Assembly: GCA_964016885.1 (NCBI GenBank)
Contig: OZ024743.1
Location: forward strand, 337,652,001-337,716,000
Length of the DNA stretch: 64,000 nucleotides
Source of the DNA: Eledone cirrhosa
Lineage: Eukaryota
Reading direction: 5' to 3'
Part shown: positions 52,401-64,000 of the stretch, one piece after another
How the letters are laid out: each line of letters opens with the position of its first letter
How positions within the stretch are numbered: the stretch's first letter is position 1
Notes under the pieces: model-generated
The model's database searches: none
Told to the model about the DNA's origin: nothing
The model's input: the letters and a program-made list of their open reading frames with translations, nothing else
Translations under genes and position numbers: made by a program

Positions 52401-55400
52401 TAAGTAGTTGAGGAGGTAGATGAAACAGTAATATACTCTGGCTGGTTATTCTGTCTATTAAGTAGTTGAGGATGTAGATGAAACAGTAATATACTTTGCC
52501 TGGTTATTCTGTCCATGAAGTAGTTGAGGAGGTAGATGAAACAGTAATATACTCTGGCTGGTTATTCTGTCTATTAAGTAGTTGAGGAGGTAGATGTAAC
52601 AGTAATATACTCTGCCTGGTTATTCTGTCTATTAAGTAGTTGAGGAGGTAGATGTAACAGTAATATACTCTGGCTGGTTATTCTGTCTATTAAGTAGTTG
52701 AGGAGGTAGATGTAACAGTAATATACTCTGGCTGGTTATTCTGTCTATTAAGTAGTTGAGGAGGTAGATGAAACAGTAATATACTCTGGCTGGTTATTCT
52801 GTCTATTAAGTAGTTGAGGAGGTAGATGTAACAGTAATATACTCTTCCTGGTTATTCTGTCTATTAAGTAGATGAGGAGGTAGATGAAACAGTAATATAC
52901 TCTGGCTGGTTATTCTGTCCATGAAGTAGTTGAGGAGGTAGATGTAACAGTAATATACTCTGGCTGGTTATTCTGTCTATTAAGTAGTTGAGGAGGTAGA
53001 TGTAACTGTAATATACTCTGCCTGGTTATTCTGTCTATTAAGTAGTTGAGGAGGTAGATGAAACAGTAATATACTCTGGCTGGTTATTCTGTCCATGAAG
53101 TAGTTGAGCAGGTAGATGAAACAATAATATACTCTGGCTGGTTATTCTGTCCATGAAGTAGTTGAGGAGGTAGATGAAACAGTAATATACTCTGGCTGGT
53201 TATTCTGTCCATGAAGTAGTTGAGGAGGTAGATGAAACAGTAATATACTCTGGCTGGATATTCTGTCTATCAAGTAGTTGAGGAGGTAGATGTAACAATA
53301 ATATACTCTGGCTGGTTATTCTGTCTATTAAGTAGTTGAGGAGGTAGATGAAACAGTAATATACTCTGGCTGGTTATTCTGTCCATGAAGTAGTTGAGGA
53401 GGTAGATGAAACAGTAATATACTCTGGCTGGTTATTCTGTCTATTAAGTAGTTGAGGAGGTAGATGTAACAGTAATATACTCTGGCTGGTTATTCTGTCT
53501 ATTAAGTAGTTGAGGAGGTAGATGAAACAGTAATATACTCTGGCTGGTTATTCTGTCCATGAAGTAGTTGAGGAGGTAGATGAAACAGTAATATAATCTG
53601 GCTGGTTATTCTGTCTATTAAGTAGTTGAGGAGGTAGATGTAACAGTAATATACTCTGGCTGGTTATTCTGTCTATTAAGTAGTTGAGGAGGTAGATGTA
53701 ACAGTAATATACTCTGGCTGGTTATTCTGTCTATTAAGTAGTTGAGGAGGTAGATGTAACAGTAATATACTCTGGCTGGTTATTCTGTCTATTAAGTAGT
53801 TGAGGAGGTAGATGTAACAGTAATATACTCTGGCTGGTTATTCTGTCTATTAAGTAGTTGAGGAGGTAGATGAAACAGTAATATACTCTGGCTGGTTATT
53901 CTGTTCATGAAGTAGTTGAGGAGGTAGATGAAACAGTAATATACTCTGCCTGGTTATTCTGTCTATTAAGTAGTTGAGGAGGTAGATGAAACAGTAATAT
54001 ACTCTGCCTGGTTTTTCTGTCTATTAAGTAGTTGAGGAGGTAGATGTAACAGTAATATACTCTGGCTGGTTATTCTGTCCATTAAGTAGTTGAGGAGGTA
54101 GATGAAACAGTAATATACTCTGCCTGGTTATTCTGTCTATTAAGTATTTGAGGAGGTAGATGAAACAATAATATACTCTGGCTGGTTATTCTGTCCATGA
54201 AGTAGTTGAGGAGGTAGATGAAACAGTAATATACTCTGGCTGGTTATTCTGTCCATGAAGTAGTTGAGGAGGTAGATGAAACAGTAATATACTCTGGCTG
54301 GTTATTCTGTCTATTAAGTAGTTGAGGAGGTAGATGTAACAGTAATATACTCTGGCTGGTTATTCTGTCTATTAAGTAGTTGAGGAGGTAGATGAAACAG
54401 TAATATACTCTGGCTGGTTATTCTGTCCATGAAGTAGTTGAGGAGGTAGATGAAACAGTAATATAATCTGGCTGGTTATTCTGTCTATTAAGTAGTTGAG
54501 GAGGTAGATGAAACAGTAATATACTCTGGTTGGTTATTCTGTCTATTAAGTAGTTGAGGAGCTAGATGTAACAGTAATATACTCTGGCTGGTTATTCTGT
54601 CTATTAAGTAGTTGAGGAGGTAGATGAAACAGTAATATACTCTGGCTGGTTATTCTGTCTATTAAGTAGTTGAGGAGGTAGATGAAACAGTAATATACTC
54701 TGGCTGGTTATTCTGTCTATTAAGTAGTTGAGGAGCTAGCTGTAACAGTAATATACTCTGGCTGGTTATTCTGTCTATTAAGTAGTTGAGGAGGTAGATG
54801 AAACAGTAATATACTCTGGCTGGTTATTCTGTCTATTAAGTAGTTGAGGAGCTAGATGTAACAGTAATATACTCTGGCTGGTTATTCTGTCTATTAAGTA
54901 GTTGAGGAGGTAGATGAAACAGTAATATACTCTGACTGGTTATTCTGTCTATTAAGTAGTTGAGGAGGTAGATGAAACAGTAATATACTCTGGCTGGTTA
55001 TTCTGTCTATTAAGTAGTTGAGGAGCTAGATGTAACAGTAATATACTCTGGCTGGTTATTCTGTCTATTAAGTAGTTGAGGAGGTAGATGTAACAATAAT
55101 ATATTCTGGCTGGTTATTCTGTCTATTAAGTAGTTGAGGAGGTAGATGTAACAGTAATATACTCTGCCTGGTTATTCTGTCTATTAAGTAGTTGAGGAGG
55201 TAGATGTAACAGTAATATACTCTGGCTGGTTATTCTGTCTATTAAGTAGTTGAAGAGGTAGATGTAACAGTAATATACTCTGGCTGGTTATTCTGTCCAT
55301 GAAGTAGTTGAGGAGGTAGATGAAACAGTAATATACTCTGGCTGGTTATTCTGTCTATTAAGTAGTTGAGGAGGTAAATGTAACAGTAATATACTCTGGC

Positions 55401-58400
55401 TGGTTATTCTGTCTATTAAGTAGTTGAGGAGGTAGATGAAACAGTAATATACTCTGGCTGGTTATTCTGTCCATGAAGTAGTTGAGCAGGTAGATGAAAC
55501 AATAATATACTCTGGCTGGTTATTCTGTCCATGAAGTAGTTGAGGAGGTAGATGAAACAGTAATATACTCTGGCTGGTTATTCTGTCCATGAAGTAGTTG
55601 AGGAGGTAGATGAAACAGTAATATACTCTGGCTGGTTATTCTGTCCATGAAGTAGTTGAGCAGGTAGATGAAACAATAATATACTCTGGCTGGTTATTCT
55701 GTCCATGAAGTAGTTGAGGAGGTAGATGAAACAGTAATATACTCTGGCTGGTTATTCTGTCCATGAAGTAGTTGAGGAGGTAGATGAAACAGTAATATAC
55801 TCTGGCTGGTTATTCTGTCTATTAAGTAGTTGAGGAGGTAGATGTAACAATAATATACTCTGGCTGGTTATTCTGTCTATTAAGTAGTTGAGGAGGTAGA
55901 TGAAACAGTAATATACTCTGGCTGGTTATTCTGTCCATGAAGTAGTTGAGGAGGTAGATGAAACAGTAATATACTCTGGCTGGTTATTCTGTCTATTAAG
56001 TAGTTGAGGAGGTAGATGAAACAGTAATATACTCTGGCTGGTTATTCTGTCCATGAAGTAGTTGAGGAGGTTAATGAAACAGTAATATAATCTGGCTGGT
56101 TATTCTGTCTATTAAGTAGTTGAGGAGGTAGATGTAACAGTAATATACTCTGGCTGGTTATTCTGTCTATTAAGTAGTAGAGGAGGTAGATGTAACAGTA
56201 ACATACTCTGGCTGGTTATTCTGTCTATTAAGTAGTTGAGGAGGTAGATGTAACAGTAATATACTCTGGCTGGTTATTCTGTCTATTAAGTAGTTGAGGA
56301 GGTAGATGTAACAGTAATATACTCTGGCTGGTTATTCTGTCTATTAAGTAGTTGAGGAGGTAGATGAAACAGTAATATACTCTGGCTGGTTATTCTGTCC
56401 ATGAAGTAGTTGAGGAGGTAGATGAAACAGTAATATACTCTGCCTGGTTATTCTGTCTATTAAGTAGTTGAGTAGGTAGATGAAACAGTAATATACTCTG
56501 CCTGGTTATTCTGTCTATTAAGTAGTTGAGGAGGTAGATGTAACAGTAATATACTCTGGCTGGTTATTCTGTCCATTAAGTAGTTGAGGAGGTAGATGAA
56601 ACAGTAATATACTCTGCCTGGTTATTCTGTCTATTAAGTAGTTGAGGAGGTAGATGAAACAGTAATATACTCTGCCTGGTTATTCTGTCCATGAAGTAGT
56701 TGAGGAGGTAGATGAAACAGTAATATAATCTGGCTGGTTATTCTGTGTATTAAGTAGTTGAGTAGGTAGATGTAACAGTAATATACTCTGGCTGGTTATT
56801 CTGTCTATTAAGTAGTTGAGGAGGTAGATGTAACAGTAATATACTCTGCCTGGTTATTCTGTCTATTAAGTAGTTGAGGAGGTAGATGAAACAGTAATAT
56901 ACTCTGGCTGGTTATTCTGTCCATGAAGTAGTTGAGGAGGTATATGAAACAATAATATACTCTGGCTGGTTATTCTGTCCATGAAGTAGTTGAGGAGGTA
57001 GATGAAACAGTAATATACTCTGGCTGGTTATTCTGTCCATGAAGTAGTTGAGGAGGTAGATGAAACAGTAATATACTCTGGCTGGTTATTCTGTCTATTA
57101 AGTAGTTGAGGAGGTAGATGTAACAGTAATATACTCTGGCTGGTTATTCTGTCTATTAAGTAGTTGAGGAGGTAGATGAAACAGTAATATACTCTGTCTG
57201 GTTATTCTGTCCATGAAGTAGTTGAGGAGGTAGATGAAACAGTAATATAATCTGGCTGGTTATTCTGTCTATTAAGTAGTTGAGGAGGTAGATGAAACAG
57301 TAATATACTCTGGCTGGTTATTCTGTCTATTAAGTAGTTGAGGAGCTAGATGTAACAGTAATATACTCTGGCTGGTTATTCTGTCTATTAAGTAGTTGAG
57401 GAGGTAGATGAAACAGTAATATACTCTGGCTGGTTATTCTGTCCATGAAGTAGTTGAGGAGGTAGATGAAACAGTAATATACTCTGGCTGGTTATTCTGT
57501 CTATTAAGTAGTTGAGGAGCTAGCTGTAACAGTAATATACGCTGGCTGGTTATTCTGTCTATTAAGTAGTTGAGGAGGTAGATGAAACAGTAATATACTC
57601 TGGCTGGTTATTCTGTCTATTAAGTAGTTGAGGAGCTAGATGTAACAGTAATATACTCTGGCTGGTTATTCTGTCTATTAAGTAGTTGAGGAGGTAGATG
57701 AAACAGTAATATACTCTGACTGGTTATTCTGTCTATTAAGTAGTTGAGGAGGTAGATGAAACAGTAATATACTCTGGCTGGTTATTCTGTCTATTAAGTA
57801 GTTGAGGAGCTAGATGTAACAGTAATATACTCTGGCTGGTTATTCTGTCTATTAAGTAGTTGAGGAGGTAGATGTAACAATAATATATTCTGGCTGGTTA
57901 TTCTGTCTATTAAGTAGTTGAGGAGGTAGATGTAACAGTAATATACTCTGCCTGGTTATTCTGTCTATTAAGTAGTTGAGGAGGTAGATGTAACAGTAAT
58001 ATACTCTGGCTGGTTATTCTGTCTATTAAGTAGTTGAGGAGGTAGATGTAACAGTAATATACTCTGGCTGGTTATTCTGTCCATGAAGTAGTTGAGGAGG
58101 TAGATGAAACAGTAATATACTCTGGCTGGTTATTCTGTCTATTAAGTAGTTGAGGAGGTAGATGTAACAGTAATATACTCTGGCTGGTTATTCTGTCTAT
58201 TAAGTAGTTGAGGAGGTAGATGTAACAGTAATATACTCTGGCTGGTTATTCTGTCCATGAAGTAGTTGAGGAGGTACATGAAACAGTAATATACTCTGGC
58301 TGGTTATTCTGTCTATTAAGTAGTTGAGGAGGTAGATGTAACAGTAATATACTCTGGCTGGTTATTCTGTCTATTAAATAGTTGAGGAGGTAGATGTAAC

Positions 58401-61400
58401 AGTAATATACTCTGGCTGGTTATTCTGTCTATTAAGTAGTTGAGGAGGTAGATGTAACAGTAATATACTCTGGCTGGTTATTCTGTCTATTATGTAGTTG
58501 AGGAGGTAGATGAAACAGTAATATACTCTGGCTGGTTATTCTGTCCATGAAGTAGTTGAGGAGGTAGATGAAACAGTAATATACTCTGTCTGGTTATTCT
58601 GTCTATTAAGTAGTTGAGGAGGTAGATGTAACAGTAATATACTCTGGCTGGTTATTCTGTCTATTAAATAGTTGAGGAGGTAGATGTAACAGTAATATAC
58701 TCTGGCTGGTTATTCTGTCTATTAAGTAGTTGAGGAGGTAGATGTAACAGTAATATACTCTGGCTGGTTATTCTGTCTATTATGTAGTTGAGGAGTTAGA
58801 TGAAACAGTAATATACTCTGGCTGGTTATTCTGTCTATTAAGTAGTTGAGGAGGTAGATGTAACAGTAATATACTCTGGCTGGTTATTCTGTCTATTAAA
58901 TAGTTGAGGAGGTAGATGTAACAGTAATATACTCTGGCTGGTTATTCTGTCTATTAAGTAGTTGAGGAGGTAGATGTAACAGTAATATACTCTGCCTGGT
59001 TATTCTGTCTATTAAGTAGTTGAGGAGGTAGATGAAACAGTAATATACTCTGCCTGGTTATTCTGTATATTAAGTAGTTGAGGAGGTAGATGTAACAGTA
59101 ATATACTCTGGCTGGTTATTCTGTCCATTAAGTAGTTGAGGAGGTAGATGAAACAGTAATATACTCTGCCTGGTTATTCTGTCTATTAAGTAGTTGAGGA
59201 GGTAGATGAAACAGTAATATACTCTGGCTGGTTATTCTGTCTATTAAGTAGTTGAGGAGGTAGATGTAACAGTAATATACTCTGGCTGGTTATTCTGTCC
59301 ATTAAGTAGTTGAGGAGGTAGATGAAACAGTAATATACTCTGCCTGGTTATTCTGTCTATTAAGTAGTTGAGGAGGTAGATGTAACAGTAATATACTCTG
59401 GCTGGTTATTCTGTCTATTAAGTAGTTGAGAAGGTAGATGTAACAGTAATATACTCTGGCTGGTTATTCTGTCCATGAAGTAGTTGAGGAGGTAGATGAA
59501 ACAGTAATATACTCTGGCTGGTTATTCTGTCTATGAAGTAGTTGAGGAGGTAGATGAAACAGTAATATACTCTGGCTGGTTATTCTGTCCATGAAGTAGT
59601 TGAGGAGGTAGATATAACAGTAATATACTCTGGCTGGTTATTCTGTCTATTAAGTAGTTGAGGAGGTAGATATAACAGTAATATACTCTGACTGGTTATT
59701 CTGTCTATTAAGTAGTTGAGGAGGTAGATGAAACAGTAATATACTCTGGCTGGTTATTCTGTCTATTAAGTAGTTGAGGAGGTAGATGAAACAGTAATAT
59801 ACTTTGCCTGGTTATTCTGTCCATGAAGTAGTTGAGGAGGTAGATGAAACAGTAATATACTCTGGCTGGTTATTCTGTCTATTAAGTAGTTGAGGAGGTA
59901 GATGTAACAGTAATATACTCTGCCTGGTTATTCTGTCTATTAAGTAGTTGAGGAGGTAGATGTAACAGTAATATACTCTGGCTGGTTATTCTGTCTATTA
60001 AGTAGTTGAGGAGGTAGATGTAACAGTAATATACTCTGCCTGGTTATTCTGTCTATTAAGTAGTTGAGGAGGTAGATGAAACAGTAATATACTCTGGCTG
60101 GTTATTCTGTCTATTAAGTAGTTGAGGAGGTAGATGTAACAGTAATATACTCTGCCTGGTTATTCTGTCTATTAAGTAGTTGAGGAGGTAGATGAAACAG
60201 TAATATACTCTGGCTGGTTATTCTGTCCATGAAGTAGTTGAGGAGGTAGATGTAACAGTAATATACTCTGGCTGGTTATTCTGTCTATTAAGTAGTTGAG
60301 GAGGTAGATGTAACAGTAATATACTCTGCCTGGTTATTCTGTCTATTAAGTAGTTGAGGAGGTAGATGAAACAGTAATATACTCTGGCTGGTTATTCTGT
60401 CCATGAAGTAGTTGAGCAGGTAGATGAAACAATAATATACTCTGGCTGGTTATTCTGTCCATGAAGTAGTTGAGGAGGTAGATGAAACAGTAATATACTC
60501 TGGCTGGTTATTCTGTCCATGAAGTAGTTGAGGAGGTAGATGAAACAGTAATATACTCTGGCTGGTTATTCTGTCTATTAAGTAGTTGAGGAGGTAGATG
60601 TAACAGTAATATACTCTGGCTGGTTATTCTGTCTATTAAGAAGTTGAGGAGGTAGATGAAACAGTAATATACTCTGGCTGGTTATTCTGTCCATGAAGTA
60701 GTTGAGGAGGAAGATGAAACAGTAATATACTCTGGCTGGTTATTCTGTCTATTAAGTAGTTGAGGAGGTAGATGTAACAGTAATATACTCTGGCTGGTTA
60801 TTCTGTCTATTAAGTAGTTGAGGAGCTAGATGTAACAGTAATATACTCTGCCTGGTTATTCTGTCTATTAAGTAGGTGAGGAGGTAGATGTAACAGTAAT
60901 ATATTCTGGCTGGTTATTCTGTCTATGAAGTAGTTGAGGAGGTAGATGTAACAGTAATATACTCTGGCTGGTTATTCTGTCTATTAAGTAGTTGAGGAGG
61001 TAGATGTAACAGTAATATACTCTGGCTGGTTATTCTGTCCATGAAGTAGTTGAGGAGGTAGATGAAACAGTAATATACTCTGGCTGGTTATTCTGTCTAT
61101 TAAGTAGTTGAGGAGGTAGATGTAACAGTAATATACTCTGGCTGGTTATTCTGTCTATTAAGTAGTTGAGGAGGTAGATGTAACAGTAATATACTCTGGC
61201 TGATTATTATGTCCATTAAGTAGTTGAGGAGGTAGATGAAACAGTAATATACTCTGCCTGGTTATTCTGTCTATTAAGTAGTTGAGGAGGTAGATGTAAC
61301 AGTAATATACTCTGGCTGGTTATTCTGTCTATTAAGTAGTTGAGGAGGTAGATGTAACAGTAATATACTCTGGCTGGTTATTCTGTCCATGAAGTAGTTG

Positions 61401-64000
61401 AGGAGGTAGATGAAACAGTAATATACTCTGGCTGGTTATTCTGTCTATTAAGTAGTTGAGGAGGTAGATGTAACAGTAATATACTCTGGCTGGTTATTCT
61501 GTCCATGAATTAGTTGACGAGGTAGATGAAACAGTAATATACTCTGGCTGGTTATTCTGTCTATTAAGTAGTTGAGGAGGTAGATGTAACAGTAATATAC
61601 TCTGGCTTGTTATTCTGTCTATTAAGTAGTTGAGGAGGTAGATGTAACAGTAATATAATCTGGCTGGTTATTCTGTCTATTAAGTAGTTGAGGAGGTAGA
61701 TGTAACAGTAATATACTCTGGCTTGTTATTCTGTCTATTAAGTAGTTGAGGAGGTAGATGTAACAGTAATATACTCTGCCTGGTTATTCTGTCTATTAAG
61801 TAGTTGAGGAGGTAGATGAAACAGTAATATACTCTGGCTGGTTATTCTGTCCATGAAGTAGTTGAGGAGGTAGATGAAACAATAATATACTCTGGCTGGT
61901 TATTCTGTCTATTAAGTAGTTGAGGAGGTAGATGTAACAGTAATATAATCTGGCTGGTTATTCTGTCTGTTACGTAGTTGAGGAGGTAGATGTAATAGTA
62001 ATATACTCTGGCTGGTTATTCTGTCTATTAAGTAGTTGAGGAGGTAGATGTAACAGTAATATACTCTGGCTGGTTATTCTGTCCATGAAGTAGTTGAGGA
62101 GGTAGATGAAACAGTAATATACTCTGGCTGGTTATTCTGTCTATTAAGTAGTTGAGGAGGTAGATGTAACAGTAATATACTCTGGCTGGTTATTCTGTCT
62201 ATTAAGTAGTTGAGGAGGTAGATGTAACAGTAATATACTCTGGCTGGTTATTCTGTCCATGAAGTAGTTGAGGAGTTAGATGAAACAGTAATATACTCTG
62301 GCTGGTTATTCTGTCTATTAAGTAGTTGAGGAGGTAGATGTAACAGTAATATACTCTGGCTGGTTATTCTGTCTATTAAGTAGTTGAGGAGGTAGATGTA
62401 ACAGTAATATACTCTGGCTGGTTATTCTGTCCATGAAGTAGTTGAGGAGGTAGATGAAACAGTAATATACTCTGGCTGGTTATTCTGTCTATTAAGTAGT
62501 TGAGGAGGTAGATGTAACAGTAATATACTCTGGCTGGTTATTCTGTCTATTAAGTAGTTGAGGAGGTAGATGTAACAGTAATATACTCTGGCTGATTACT
62601 ATGTCCATTAAGTAGTTGAGGAGGTAGATGAAACAGTAATATACTCTGGCTGGTTATTCTGTCTATTAAGTAGTTGAGGAGGTAGATGTAACAGTAATAT
62701 ACTCTGGCTGGTTATTCTGTCTATTAAGTAGTTGAGGAGGTAGATGAAACAGTAATATACTCAGGCTGGTTATTCTGTCCATGAAGTAGTTGAGGAGGTA
62801 GATGAAACAGTAATATAATCTGGCTGGTTATTCTGTCTATTAAGTAGTTGAGGAGGTAGATGTAACAGTAATATACTCTGGCTGGTTATTCTGTCTATTA
62901 AGTAGTTGAGGAGGTAGATGTAACAGTAATATATTCTGGCTGGTTATTCTGTCTATTAAGTAGTTGAGGAGGTAGATGAAACAGTAATATACTCTGGCTG
63001 GTTATTCTGTCTATTAAGTAGTTGAGGAGGTAGATGAAACAGTAATATACTCTGGCTGGTTATTCTGTCTATTAAGTAGTTGAGGAGCTAGATGTAACAG
63101 TAATATACTCTGGCTGGTTATTCTGTCTATTAAGTAGTTGAGGAGGTAGATGAAACAGTAATATACTCTGGATGGTTATTCTGTCTATTAAGTAGTTGAG
63201 GAGCTAGATGTAACAGTAATATACTCTGGCTGGTTATTCTGTCTATTAAGTAGTTGAGGAGGTAGATGTAACAGTAATATATTCTGGCTGGTTATTCTGT
63301 CTATTAAGTAGTTGAGGAGGTAGATGTAACAGTAATATACTCTGCCTGGTTATTCTGTCTATTAAGTAGTTGAGGAGGTAGATGTAACAGTAATATACTC
63401 TGGCTGGTTATTCTGTCTATTAAGTAGTTGAGGAGGTAGATGTAACAGTAATATACTCTGGCTGGTTATTCTGTCTATTAAATAGTTGAGGAGGTAGATG
63501 TAACAGTAATATACTCTGGCTGGTTATTCTGTCTATTAAGTAGTTGAGGAGGTAGATGTAACAGTAATATACTCTGGCTGGTTATTCTGTCTATTATGTT
63601 GTTGAGGAGGTAGATGAAACAGTAATATACTCTGGCTGGTTATTCTGTCCATGAAGTAGTTGAGGAGGTAGATGAAACAGTAATATACTCTGCCTGGTTA
63701 TTCTGTCTATTAAGTAGTTGAGGAGGTAGATGTAACAGTAATATACTCTGGCTGGTTATTCTGTCTATTAAATAGTTGAGGAGGTAGATGTAACAGTAAT
63801 ATACTCTGGCTGGTTATTCTGTCTATTAAGTAGTTGAGGAGGTAGATGTAACAGTAATATACTCTGGCTGGTTATTCTGTCTATTATGTAGTTGAGGAGG
63901 TAGATGAAACAGTAATATACTCTGGCTGGTTATTCTGTCCATGAAGTAGTTGAGGAGGTAGATGAAACAGTAATATACTCTGCCTGGTTATTCTGTCTAT
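13496..64000. repeat. 58-bp tandem satellite, ~870 monomers; consensus GTAGTTGAGGAGGTAGATG(A/T)AACAGTAATATACTCTG(G/C)CTGGTTATTCTGTC(TATT/CATG)AA
   Basis: Period 58 (gaggaggtag at 13501 and 13559). Head-to-tail in a single orientation, no TE insertion seen, continues past the window end. Confidence 0.99.

Noticed and set aside
13496-64000. CRISPR-like array
   Set aside because: Monomers are contiguous with no unique spacers, there are no cas genes, and the context is eukaryotic.

Overview
Eukaryotic, AT-rich, gene-free repetitive DNA. The SINE family and (TA)n density suggest a coleoid cephalopod, probably an octopod (inference). The window has two parts. (i) 1-13.5 kb is a mosaic of transposon pieces separated by (TA)n/(GT)n/(CT)n microsatellites: a 5'-truncated, frameshifted Penelope-like element (PLE; RT thumb/linker plus GIY-YIG, minus strand, ~6.27-9.03 kb), a LINE ORF2 3' fragment, a non-autonomous Helitron-like element, four copies of a tRNA-derived SINE, several long fold-back palindromes and a 200-N gap. 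(ii) 13,496-64,000 is an uninterrupted 58-bp satellite array (~870 monomers, running off the window) with higher-order duplications. The most notable signal is that most (TA)n-bounded cassettes in part (i) carry a type I hammerhead ribozyme (HHR) motif, about 10 intact or decayed motifs from several unrelated families. These include U3-A8 core variants (UUGAUAA, UUGAAAA), HHRs with long branched stem II inserts, and a fold-back element with back-to-back HHRs on opposite strands. All RNA folds were read by eye and none is computed or tested. No host protein-coding gene is supported; almost all ORFs in the supplied track are microsatellite or satellite artefacts.
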